This document shows, in pieces, positions 31,716 to 43,654 of a stretch of 64,000 bases of DNA. Position 1 is the first letter of the stretch. Each line of letters opens with the position of its first letter. Source of the DNA: Eledone cirrhosa (taxonomy: Eukaryota); NCBI GenBank assembly GCA_964016885.1, contig OZ024742.1, positions 132,866,001 to 132,930,000 of the forward strand. The letters are read 5' to 3'. Below the pieces are notes generated by a model. The model worked only from the letters and a program-made list of their open reading frames with translations. It did no database searches and was not told where the DNA came from. The translations under genes and the position numbers were made by a program.

Positions 31716-33099
31716 CTATATATATATATATATATGTGTGTCTATATATATATACATATATATATATATAAGTGTCCGCTCATAGATTCTCCCCTCTGCC
31801 GGGATGGTGAGATGTATAGATAACAAATTGATATATACTATTTCGTATATAATATACAGTTGAATGTATCTACCGTAGTGATTTTGTAATCCTGAACCAA
31901 ATTTCGATTATTGGACGTTGGATTACCATTGTACACCTGCTTCACCTCAATATCACATGATTTGCATTTTAATATGTCGAAATATAAAACGATAAATAGG
32001 CAGGAATCTGCTGAATAATGTTGATGATCTAAGTGTCCAGATATTATATCCCTATAATGATTCATTCTCGTAAAGGGCTAGTATGCATGTACATTGTCTT
32101 ACCAAGTAAAGAAAGAATTCTGCAGCGGTCCTCACCGTTTTCTCTATGTGCCTCTTTAATCGACACACAGAATTAGACGAGTGTTCTGAATCATCTCTAT
32201 GTTACTCTGTATATTATTCAATCATCAAAATTCCAGTCTTATCCACCTAAAACATTTCATGCATTTTCTCCTGATTTTTTGACCTTGAAGACTTCTGATA
32301 TAGGACATGTCTGTCACGACCCTATTGAGTGGTTTAGCCACCCCATCATTCTGTCTACTTCATTTCCTTCCTGTTCACGCCGATGCAGTGGTCACAATTG
32401 GATATGCAAATCTTCAAAAATTAGGACCACATATTCCGCATATTTATTGAGTTTCAGTAATTAATTTTGCTGAGATTCATCGATCAGCTATAACTGTAAG
32501 AGGTTAACAATTCCAGGAGTTAACAACATTGATGACCTACGATACATAGCTCTACACGCAGATTACCAATTGAGCTACGCCAAAAATCTCCAAATTTCAA
32601 TTTTCTGACAATAAACTCACATATTTACTTTCCAAACTTTTCGTTCCATGTTAGCTCAAAATGTGGAAGTTCTACATATAATATAGCATTCAGGTTCAGG
32701 ATGATTAGAAAAGTAATATAAATTCACTTTACTGGCTATTGTCATTTGACTTCAAAATAATATCCTTCATGTTACACTTGCAACATTAACTCATTTCTCG
32801 AAGGTGGCCGATTTTCCCGTCATGGAACCGACTATTTAACATGAGGTACATCACTACAGCTTACAAGTAGCGCTCATAAGTGACCTGATATGCCTAGACT
32901 CGTACTTACATAAACACCCACTCATAGAAACACGTGTCTATTCGACAATCCCTTTGTCCCATAAAACACATTATTTGAAACATATACGTATATATTCACA
33001 TATTAACCGTTAAAATAATTTGCAGAAAAGCAAAAAAATATTTGTTTGCATAAATCTTTATTCCCAATATTTTTGTTAACAACGTTATTATAGATATAA

Positions 33100-33292
33100 T
33101 TGTTTCCACGTTTGGCACAAGGCCAGGAATTACCCCACCAGTACATTACCGGTACTTTATTTTATCTACCCCGCAAGGATAAAAGGCAAAGTTAACCTCG
33201 GCGGGATTTGAACTCATACCATAAAGGGCCGTAACTCTATGCTGCAAAGCATGGCGTCCTACCCTCTACCGATACTGCCAATCCACCGCCCT
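33100..33292 (-). mobile_element. tRNA-derived SINE with TSD ttatagatataat
   Basis: Full-length copy with a direct repeat on both flanks. Confidence 0.88.
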
Positions 33293-33431
33293 TCTTATAG
33301 ATATAATAATAATAATATTGGTGGTGGTGGTGGTCGTCGTTTGCCTATTTCGTCAGTTGTCCTATTCTACAAATGAAAGCTATTTGGGTCATGAAAACAT
33401 TCTTTTATCGCATTAAATGTATTCTCCACAA

Positions 33432-33615
33432 GGCAGTGGATTGGCAGTATCGGTAGAGGGTCGGACGACATGCTTTCCAGCATAGTTACGTCCCTTTGCG
33501 ATCTGAGTTCAAATCCCGCCGAGGTTGACTTTGCCTTTCATCCTTACGGGGTCGATAAAATAAAGTTCCAGTAATGTACTGGATAATTGCTGGCCTTGTG
33601 CCAATAGTAGAAATA
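33432..33615 (+). mobile_element. tRNA-derived SINE with 20-bp TSD
   Basis: attaaatgtattctccacaa at 33412-33431 and 33616-33635. Confidence 0.9.
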
Positions 33616-33914
33616 ATTAAATGTATTCTCCACAATATGTATAGTATTTTAATAGCAGGTGTACTACGTTCTTCACATGTAGAAGTGTTTCATTTGCTTA
33701 TACTGTTGCCTTCATTTGTTGTGCTCATACACTATAGGATATACTGGATACTATTTGCATTTATAATGATTATTATACCAGTTTGTATGATAATTTGGGT
33801 ACATTGATTATTGATAACGGGGATTAATATTGTTTCTTCAGAAAATGTGCCTGTAGTATAAGTAATTTTCATTGGTAAGATGAGATAAGCTTGATGCACT
33901 TTTTTCAGCTCTTC

Positions 33915-35013
33915 GTTCTTCAGGAAAGAAGGGAATGGCAGCCTTGGCCTCCGGTCTCCGATCCCACTAGCTTTGCCGGCGTATCTTTCGTCAGTAACCT
34001 CGTGCCGCATCCTCGTCAGCAGGGTTCTTCAAAACAAAACAGAACCCTCTGTGTTCAGAGAACGGGAGGCCGCCTGTGTGACGTGGGACCAGCTGGGACA
34101 TAGCCCAGTAGACGTCGCTCCTCCTTCTCCCTCTGTTGAAGTCAAGTTCCCCCAACGCACTTGGGATGCCATCCAGTACAGCCTGGCCTCAGTCAGGCTC
34201 ACCCGCCAGCTCGACCAGCACCGCCTTGCGTGTTTTATTGCGGCCTCCAAAGCCCACAGTGGTGCCTGGCTTCAAGCCCAGCCCTCCTTTTCCACTGGCA
34301 CGCAGCTAGACAACCATAGCCTGCGCATCGGCGTTTCTGTGAGGCTCGGACTCCGGATTTCCCAGCCATACCAATGTCGCTGCGGTTCCACCGTGGACTC
34401 TTTCGGCCTCCACCCGCTTTCCTGTCGCCACAGTGCCGGCCGCATTCCACGCCATGCTGCCTTAAACGAGGTCATTAAGCATGGATTGGACGCTGCAGGC
34501 TTCCCTTCCCAGCTCGAGTCGGTGGGGCTGGATCGAGGGGACGGCAACAGGCCAGATGGCATGACCATCTTCCCGTTCCGCGGTGGCAAACCCCTCGTCT
34601 GGGATGCCACTTGCACCGACACTTTCTGCAGCTGCAACCTGGTGCAGTCTGAGACTGACCCAGGTTCTGCTGCACGTCGGGCTGAGGGGGCCAAACTCCT
34701 CAAATACCGGTCTCTCTCCGACAGGTTTGCGGTCGTACCCCTGGCAGTGGAGACTTCTGGTGTCCTCGGCCCCAAGGCTACCTCCTTACTCACCACCATA
34801 GGCGCTGAGCTGGTCGGCCGCAGGTGTGAGATCCGCGATTTGGAGTGGCTTTTCCAGCGCATCTCCCTTGCCGTCCTCCGGAGAAACGTCTTCTCCATTC
34901 TGTCCGCCGGGGCTGTGGGTGGGCCCAATCGCGTACCGTTGTAGTTATTGTATACTCATCAATCCCAATAGGTCGTTACTAATACATACACATTGTTTAA
35001 AAAAAAAAAAAAA
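33915..35013 (+). mobile_element. 5'-truncated CRE-like non-LTR retrotransposon ending in poly(A)
   Basis: GC-rich block; GSLGLR..ALPAYLSS; A-run at ~34999-35013. Confidence 0.8.
33973..34944 (+). CDS. C-terminal Zn knuckle + restriction-like (PD-D/E) endonuclease of a CRE-like element
   Basis: SGAWL, CRCG..VD..GLHPLSC, RH..LN, RPDG, LVWDATCTD, KLLKY, PLAVETSG, QRISLAV. Confidence 0.82.
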   Translation: MPAYLSSVTSCRILVSRVLQNKTEPSVFREREAACVTWDQLGHSPVDVAPPSPSVEVKFPQRTWDAIQYSLASVRLTRQLDQHRLACFIAASKAHSGAWLQAQPSFSTGTQLDNHSLRIGVSVRLGLRISQPYQCRCGSTVDSFGLHPLSCRHSAGRIPRHAALNEVIKHGLDAAGFPSQLESVGLDRGDGNRPDGMTIFPFRGGKPLVWDATCTDTFCSCNLVQSETDPGSAARRAEGAKLLKYRSLSDRFAVVPLAVETSGVLGPKATSLLTTIGAELVGRRCEIRDLEWLFQRISLAVLRRNVFSILSAGAVGGPNRVPL

Positions 35014-35094
35014 ATGAATGAATAAAGCACAGTTTCAGTAGCAGAACATTTAAATTAAACATTCAAGAAAACCAAGTATAGTATTATTATTATA

Positions 35095-35485
35095 AGGGTG
35101 GTGAATTGGCAGTATCGGTAGAAGGTCGGACGCCATGCTTTCCAGCATAGTTACGTCCCTTTACGATCTGAGTTCAAATCCCGCCGAGGTTGACTTTGCC
35201 TTTCATCCTTACGGGGTCGATAAAATAAAGTACCAGTAATGCACTGGGTATTTGCTGACCTTGTGCCTAAAGTAGAATAAATTATTATAAGGGCGATGTA
35301 TTGGCAGTATCGGTAGAGGGGCGGACGCTATGATTTGACGCATAGAGTTACGGCCCTTGCCATTCTGAGTCCGAAACCTGTCGCGTTTAACTTTGCCTTT
35401 TATCCTTACGGGGTCGATAAAATAAAGTACCAGTAATGCAGTGGGTAGTTGCTGGCCTTGTGCCAAAAAGTAGAAACAATTATTA
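35095..35485 (+). mobile_element. Two SINEs head-to-tail (35095-35280, 35290-35485)
   Basis: Each starts ataagggyg..ttggcagtatcggtagag; the heads differ in sequence. Confidence 0.88.
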
Positions 35486-36147
35486 TTCATTCATACATCG
35501 ATACGGACGTTTCAATGCGGCTAAAATATCCCATCTATTTGTGGAGAAAACTGGATTTTTTCAGTAAGTTATGTACTCCCTTATGGGTGTACTTCTCAAA
35601 ACGTGTCTCTGCAGGAAATATATACAATGAAATATAACAAATCAAAAATAATAGAGGAATCAAAGCAAGGTGCATTTAACACATGGAATTTTAAATTGAT
35701 AAGTGCAAAATATAAACTTGGGTATGTTTGCAAACATGCAGAAATAAACATTGATCAGTGTTTTATCTTCCACAAGCATGTTAAGATATGATAAATCCGT
35801 TAATTAGTTATAGCTGGGGATGTTAAAAGTTGTTTTTTTCTTTAAGATATACGGAAGTGCGTTGCGTTATTTATCATAGAAAGATTTGAAAATATTTGCG
35901 CTAGTCTAATATCCCATGTAAGTGCAAATGAAAACTATATGAATCAAGTGAAGTATATTTACAAACATTCTTCAAAACATATGTAAACTTTTTTTTTCAA
36001 AATGTTCGCGAATGGACCTATTTGAAATTCCGAAACCGAATAGATTTACCTTTTGTGAAGACCCTGATTAGTAATATAATAGGTAATTGCCCAATGGGAT
36101 AATCTAGCCGCATTGAAACATCCGTAGTGGTGCATAAATTGTTAATA

Positions 36148-36332
36148 ATAATTGTTTCTACCTTTGGCACAAGGCCAGCAAATATCCAGTGTATTACTTG
36201 TACTTTATTTTATCGACCCCGTTAGGATGAAAGGCAAAGTTAACCTCGACGGGATTTGAACTCATACCGTAAAAGGACGTAACTACGCTAGAAAGCATGG
36301 CGCCCAACCCTCTACCGATACTGCAAATTCAC
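36148..36332 (-). mobile_element. tRNA-derived SINE
   Basis: Reverse complement of the SINE family sequence. Confidence 0.85.
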
Positions 36333-36404
36333 AATAATAATAATAATATTGCTATAGTTGGTGTTCATAAATTTTGAATTATATATATATATATATATAT
36401 ATAT

Positions 36405-37505
36405 AATAAATACATTATCGGAGAAAGCTTTTAGCGATACTCCGGCCAAATTCCAACTCACTCAACAAACATCAGAAAATAAGTGAGAATATTCCTAATT
36501 AAACGTTCGAGGTGCTAACTAATTGAATTGTGTGGTATTATTTCATATGAGACATATCGAATATATCTCTTCCCAGACGGACGTCTCGTTTCATTATAAG
36601 ATTCCTACAATTTGGGTGAAATTATACCTATTTATGTAGGAGCTTGCATAAGATCAACAGATACATATTCAAGTGGGCTCTTATAATTCTTCAGTGGGTG
36701 CCCACTAATATTGATAATCTAATCAATATCAGTATTTAGCGATAATCACCATCAGTGCCTGAGGTATCTGTTAGGTTGCTACTCTAGCAGTTCCAAAGAA
36801 ATACTCAAACTGATTCAAAAATGAGGACGTAGATTACCGCCAAAAAAAAAAAATACTTGCGCAGGTCAATGAATTGTAAAAGGAATTTAGGCCACGTGCT
36901 AGAACTCAATTGGAACCTGAAAAAATATCCATGTGTGTACAACGTTTGATGACACACATAGATATTTTCTCGGACAAAAAAAAACAGAATGAGATACAAG
37001 AAACAATCAATATTCATATATAAAAAAAAATAGACAAAGAGAGTCAAACCTTATATCGGGAATTTCATATCTGTTGCAGCAAGAGTAAATAAATAAATAC
37101 ATTATCGGAGAAAGCTTTTAGCGATACTCCGGCCAAATTCCAACTCACTCAACAAACATTAGGAAATAAGTGAGTATATTCCTAATTAAACGTTCGGGGT
37201 GCTAACTAATTGTATTGTGTGGAAAATTGACTGTATTATTTCATATGAGACATATCGAATATCTCTCTTCCCAGACGGACGTCTCGTTTAATCATAAGAT
37301 TCCTACAATTTGGGTGAAATTATGCCTATTTATGTAGGAGCTTGTATAAGATCAACAGATACATATTCAAGTGGGCTCAGTGGGTGCCCAATAATATTAA
37401 TATTGATAATCTAATCAATATCAGTATTTAGCGATAATCATCATCAGTGCCTTGGGTATCTGTTAGGTTGCTACTTTAGCAGTTCCAAAGGAATACTCAA
37501 ACTGA
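36405..37505 (-). repeat. About 687-bp unit in 1.6 tandem copies (family C, retrozyme-like)
   Basis: aataaatacattatcggagaaag at 36405 and 37092; carries an HHR. Confidence 0.85.
36572..36698 (-). ncRNA. Type I hammerhead with a large stem II insertion (family C)
   Basis: ccca-CTGAAGA-attataaga-[~75 nt]-tcttataat-GAAAC-g agacgtc c-GTC-tggg. Confidence 0.78.
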
Positions 37506-37847
<342 letters not shown>

Positions 37848-38797
37848 CATAAATATATGATGGCTGCAAACTCTGCTAAGAGTATTGCAATTGCTTGTCA
37901 GATTCAGATGTGTGACGCTCGAATATGGCTTTTCAAGCCTGCTAGAGACTTGCACTCCTTCAGACATTGACGACAACTATGGATCTCCCTGGCCTCAGGT
38001 CTTTCATCAGGTTAAATATATATATATATGTATGTATATAAATATGAATACACACAGACACTACACACATACACACACACACATATATACATATATATAT
38101 ATATATATATATGTTTCTGTGTGTATGTGTGTGTGTATATCTTTATAAAAGTATAAAGGTTATATACTATTTAACATGATTTGACAGTCCAGGAGGTTAT
38201 TTACCATAATATTAATCATGAGCAATGGATTCTAAAGTGTTTATGACATGTGAGGATTTCAGTGTTGACTGATGCAGGTGCGTATCCTAAATTAAATGAC
38301 ATCCAGGAAATAAATAATTATGTTTAAGTCAAATGAATGGATTATGATTAAATGAAATGAAGAATGTGAGAACATGTAAAGGAAACAAATTAGAACCTGG
38401 GGTAACATAGAAAAGAAATGTTAGTCTCACTGGAATTAAATTAAAAACAAAAGAGATAAGACGAGCATATTAAAAGGGTAATTATATAATGAGATAAGCG
38501 ATTCGAATTGTAAACGAATCGATTGTAATGAAGTGCTGTACAGACATAATGAGTAAAGAAACAGCGCTTGCTTCTAAATATGTTTCAGAAACAGTATATA
38601 TGGCACTTAAATATCAATAATACGTTAGTTATAATGTAAATTATAATATGAAATTATGTTGTATAATATAAGCGTTCAATAATAATGTAATTATGTGGTT
38701 ATAAATAATAGTTGATAAAATGAAGAGATCGTAAGGTTAGGTAACGGTGTATACACATAGACGCGTTTTTACATACACACACATGCACGCACACAAA

Positions 38798-38882
<85 letters not shown>

Positions 38883-38884
38883 GT

Positions 38885-39543
38885 GTGATTTTAATTTATT
38901 AATTCTTCATTGAGCTTAAAAGTGAACAGTTGCAACACATATATATATCTTTAATTTAATTTTATGTATATGATAACCTTTATATTTAATAATCTCCCTA
39001 TTGGTTGAGTTTAAATTTGGCGATATATGGCTGCGCTTTCTAGCAGCAAGCCTACCCACCGTAAGCAACCAATCACACGCTTTCTTTCTGGCTGGTAGAC
39101 AGCTACATAGCGATCTTAGCCATTTTTGAATCTAAATTTGGCGCGGTCGGTTTGAGAAATTAAATGTCTGATTCTGAGTTTGTCTCCTGATGATTCCTAA
39201 CTCAGGATAATTCCATATTATTTGGATGTCCTAAATAAGGAAGAAACCATGGTAGAGATATAATTACGGTATGTGTGCATTTCTTCTAAGTTTAATTTTA
39301 CTACTAATTACGTGCGGTTGATGGTATATTTGATCGGATTCTGCATGCTGCCGAAGTGTTTGATAAATAGTGGAACGGAGCTGCCGCGAAGAAGCTACGA
39401 TCAATTGTTTGTCAGAGATTTCCCCGTTAGAAAATTTATTCTTAAAGCTTGCTAGATTTGATTATGTATATGGTTAATTATGCTAATTAGAAGAAGAAAT
39501 AGTATATATTTTAATATCTGATTGATTCTATAGATATGATTTA

Positions 39544-39548
<5 letters not shown>
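38885..39548 (+). repeat. About 660-bp non-coding unit (family E) containing an HHR
   Basis: Permuted relative to the related 12170-12460; flanked by (TA)n. Confidence 0.7.
39181..39260 (+). ncRNA. Type I hammerhead with canonical core and extended stem II (family E)
   Basis: tgtctc-CTGATGA-ttcct-[~39 nt]-aggaa-GAAAC-catg-GTA-gagata. Confidence 0.82.
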
Positions 39549-39593
<45 letters not shown>

Positions 39594-39601
<8 letters not shown>

Positions 39602-40511
39602 CGTAAGATAAGAAAATAATAAAATTATAGAAAAATTATAAAATTGTCTTACTTACTAAAATATCACTTCCAACTAATTAGTTTCTGGAATGGAGTAAAT
39701 ATATTTTCCGAAGAACGGAATGCTTTTCTATATGTTCTTCGGAAAATATATTTACTCCATTCCAGAAACTAATTAGTTGGAATTGATATTTTAGTAAGTA
39801 AGTCAATTTTATAATTTTTCTATAATTTTATTATTTTCTTATCTTACGTCTCTCATATTATTGTTCTGCAACCCCATGCATTGAACCACAATGTTACAAA
39901 GACAAAACCTATATATTTGCTAGCATTGATATGCATCTGTATGTATATAGATGTTACTAGATATAAATTCTTTATAATTATCTCCAATTCATTTGTCGAG
40001 CAATATTGGCCATGACTGCTGCTATAGTAGTTAAGCAGGCCGCTGTCTAAGTAACAACTCGCTTTCCACTGATTGACCTCGATGTCACGTGATTGATTCT
40101 TTTTGAATCTGCCACGGACGTAGAGACAGTGATTTTCTCAATGGCTAGAATTTCAGTCCACGCTTCGCTATTTCCTCTCCACTGAATTATTTTTTTAATA
40201 AGTTTCCAGAGTCCTCGCTATGCCTGGAAACTTACATGAAAAGAGACTTTCCTGACGACGGAATGCTTTTTGTATGTTCTCCGGAAAATATATTTACTCC
40301 ATTCCAGAAACTAATTAGTTGGAAGTGATATTTTAGTAAGTAAGTCAATTTTATAATTTTTCTATAATTTTATTATTTTCTTATCTTACGTCTCTCATAT
40401 TATTGTTCTGCAACCCTATGCATTGAACCACAATGTTACTAAGACAAAACCTATATATTTGCTAGCATTGATATGCATCTGTATGTATATAGATGTTCCT
40501 AGATATAAATT

Positions 40512-40516
<5 letters not shown>
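39594..40516 (+). repeat. About 543-bp unit in 1.5 tandem copies with a 5' inverted arm (family D)
   Basis: cggaatg at 39716 and 40259; 39594-39715 is inverted relative to 39733-39857. Confidence 0.85.
40246..40326 (+). ncRNA. Type I hammerhead with an extended stem II loop (family D)
   Basis: actttc-CTGACGA-c ggaatg..cattcc a-GAAAC-taatta-GTT-ggaagt. Confidence 0.7.
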
Positions 40517-40560
<44 letters not shown>

Positions 40561-40615
40561 GATAACTGTATACACATGCAAATTCACACGTACATGCACA
40601 CATATATATGTATAT

Positions 40616-41479
40616 ATATCTCATATAAAATAATACAGCCGATTATCCACACAATACAATATAGTTAGCACCCAAAACGTTTAATTGGGAATATACTCCG
40701 GTATTTCCTAATGTTTGTTGAGTGAGTTGGAAATTGGTCGGTGTACCGCTAATAGTTTTTTCCGTTTATGTATTTATGTAATACACTCTTGGATTGCCAG
40801 ACATGAACTTTCCCGATATAAGGTATGACTCTCTTTATTTATTTTTTTATATGAATATTGATTGTTTGTTCCTGTATCTCATATCTGTTATTTTGCCTGA
40901 GAAAAGTCCTCTATGTGTCCTTAAAACAGTGCACACATATATTTATTTTTTCATATCCAATTGAGTTCTTCGCACGAGGCTTAAATTCTTGACAGGGTTC
41001 AATGACCTGCGTGTATATTATTTTATTTGTAACGATGACCTCCCCCTCCCATTTTGGGACAGTGTGAGATTTTCTTTCGAACTGCTGGACATAAAACCTA
41101 GGCAGCTCTTTCTAGTACTGATGGAGATTATCGCTAAATATTAATGTTGATTTAGTTATTAATATTGATATTATAGGCACCCACTGAAGATTTATAAGTG
41201 GCCACTTGTATGAGAATCCATTGATCTCATGCAAGCTTCTACATAACTTGGTAAAATTTCGCCCACCATGTAGAAATCTTATAATGAAACGATCGTATGG
41301 GGAATGAAATTTTAATATATCTCATATAAAATAATACAGCCAATTATCCACAGAATACAATATAGTTAGCCCCCCAAACGTTTAATTGGGAATATACTCC
41401 GGTATTTCCTAATGTTTGTTGAGTGAGTTAGAAATTGGTCGCAGTATCGCTAATAGCTTTCTCCGTTTATGTATTTATG

Positions 41480-41480
<1 letters not shown>
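40616..41480 (+). repeat. About 701-bp unit in 1.2 tandem copies (family C, diverged subfamily)
   Basis: tcatataaaataatacagcc at 40621 and 41322; inverted homolog of 36405-37505. Confidence 0.82.
41180..41301 (+). ncRNA. Type I hammerhead with a large stem II insertion (family C)
   Basis: ccca-CTGAAGA-t ttataag-[~79 nt]-cttataa t-GAAAC-gatc-GTA-tggg. Confidence 0.78.
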
Positions 41481-41539
<59 letters not shown>

Positions 41540-41579
41540 TAACAACAAAGAGCGCTTAGAACATAGGTATATCTTTAAT

Positions 41580-41625
41580 TGCTAACAGTGTTTCGTCCAC
41601 ACTAGAAGTGGGACTCTTCAGAGCA
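41580..41625 (-). ncRNA. Minimal type I hammerhead (family G)
   Basis: tgct-CTGAAGA-gtcc cac ttcta gtg t ggac-GAAAC-act-GTT-agca. Confidence 0.82.
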
Positions 41626-41797
41626 TAAAGAGTAAATACAAAGTATACAAGCATTGACAAAGCCAAAACAGAAGAATATATTTGGGGATACCAAATATAT
41701 ATATAGATAGATACCAAATATATATATAGATAGATAGATAAGTTATTCCGGCTTCAATCGGGCTTAACCTCAGAGTATAAATGTTTTAATATAGAAA

Positions 41798-41848
41798 AGC
41801 TTCTACAGGACTAGAACTGTTTCATTCATGATAAATCATCGGGAAGCT
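41798..41848 (-). ncRNA. Hammerhead family F copy (U4C)
   Basis: agcttc-CCGATGA-stem II-GAAAC-ag ttctagtc ct-GTA-gaagct. Confidence 0.6.
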
Positions 41849-42367
41849 GACTGTCCAAGTAAATGTGGTGGTATTTATATTTTTTCTGGTGGTAGGAGAG
41901 GGTGAGGATTGGGATGGGTGGAGGTCATTTGTTGGTGGATTTAAAGAAAAGGGAGTTCATTAAAAGCTAATTCTTTAAAGCTATAATATTAACAAAGGCG
42001 GAAAGAATACTGTATACAAATTCAAATTAGGATACCAATCCTTGTTTATCCTTTAAACTAACAATGCCTGAAAGTCAGGTGTCTATAGGATAGGTGGGGG
42101 TTGATTGGTTTAAAGAAAAGGGAAAATCTTTAGAAGCTAATTCTTTAAGGCTGAAATAAGGGTGACAAAGGCATAAAGGGTTCTATAAACAGGTTCAAGC
42201 GTTGGGCTGCTTCCCCTTATTGTGAATTTTCTCTAAAATTTATATTCCAGGTGTCAACAAGTACATTCACACACTTACACACGTACGCACACATGCACAC
42301 ACGCACACACAGGCAGGCACACACACAAAACAATACAACAAACACCACCACATTTACTTGGACAGTC

Positions 42368-42418
42368 AGCTTCCTTATGATTTCTCACGAATGAAACAGT
42401 TCTAGTACTGTAGAAGCT
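42368..42418 (+). ncRNA. Hammerhead family F copy (G5U, likely inactive)
   Basis: agcttc-CTTATGA-t ttc tcac gaa t-GAAAC-agt tctagt act-GTA-gaagct. Confidence 0.55.
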
Positions 42419-43509
42419 TTTCTATATGGTATATATATATATATATATATACATACATACACGGTCATACACACACAGTTAATAAACAGTAGTTTTCATA
42501 CGAATCTGTTGTCAAAGATATTCAAAGCTGTTTTCACCAATTGTCTTTCGAGATTTGGTATGGAGATTGTGACATTTAGTCAAAACAATCGCACATTTTA
42601 TTGAAGTATAATAATTTGGATGAAGTTGAAATTAGAATCTTGCATATGTTATATCACATCACATTAATATAATGAAGGTTATATGCTGAGGAAAATATCA
42701 TAGACATAAACGACATATCGATAATAGTTACGAAGCAACTAAAACATGGCGCCGAACTACCTAAATAGTTTATCAACCTGTCCCTTTTTTCTAGTCTCTA
42801 AAATCTATTAACCGGAAAGCATTATATCATCAGTCATATCGGCACCAACAATTTGTTTAGCATGGTTCTTAGATATATTTTTCTACAATTTTAATTCGAT
42901 TTATATAAATGGTTTGCGTACATATTACATCGATTAGAGAAATATTTGTTCATAATTACGTTGACTCCTCCTTTTACTTCGACAACTGATATGGAGGTAA
43001 CTAATATTATTCTCTTTAATTTTATATAAATCACAACGTTTAAAACATCTCTTAATAACTTCATACAAAAATATTTCATAAACGTGCGATTTATATTCAT
43101 TTATCCACAAATAAATAAAAATTATACTATAACAGATGTTTCTGAAATATTTTTTCTAGAGCTGTATATATGGTTATATATAACGTTAGCACATTCACCT
43201 CTGACGAAAGTAGTTTTATTTACGACTATCGTATAATATATACAATCATCCATTTTTATATTTTATTGTTTTGATATATTTCATTATATCATACACGCAT
43301 ATATACACACACGCACATTTAAGCATGCATACATATAAATATATATACATCCACACATATGTATGCATGTATGTATGGATGGATGGATGAATGGATTGAT
43401 GGATGGGTGTATACATATATATATATGTATATATATTTGTTATTCCGGGATCAATCTTTAGTAACCACAGTAAGTAAGGTACTCAAAACATAGCAGAGTA
43501 TAAATATTT

Positions 43510-43630
43510 TAATATAGAAAAGCTTCTACATGACTAGAACTCTTTCATTCGTGAGAAATCATCAGGAAGGTTCCTGATGATTTCTCACGAATGAAAGAGT
43601 TCTAGTCCTGTAGAAGCATTTCTATATTAA
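43510..43630. ncRNA. Palindromic back-to-back pair of family F hammerheads
   Basis: 43521-43569 on - and 43571-43617 on +, each with CTGATGA...GAAA...GTA gaag. Confidence 0.65.
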
Positions 43631-43654
43631 CAAAAAAAAAAATATATATATATA

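Noticed and set aside
34272-34928. 218-aa antisense ORF (also 55563-56063 and 10581-10973)
   Set aside because: Shadow ORFs of GC-rich retroelement coding strands
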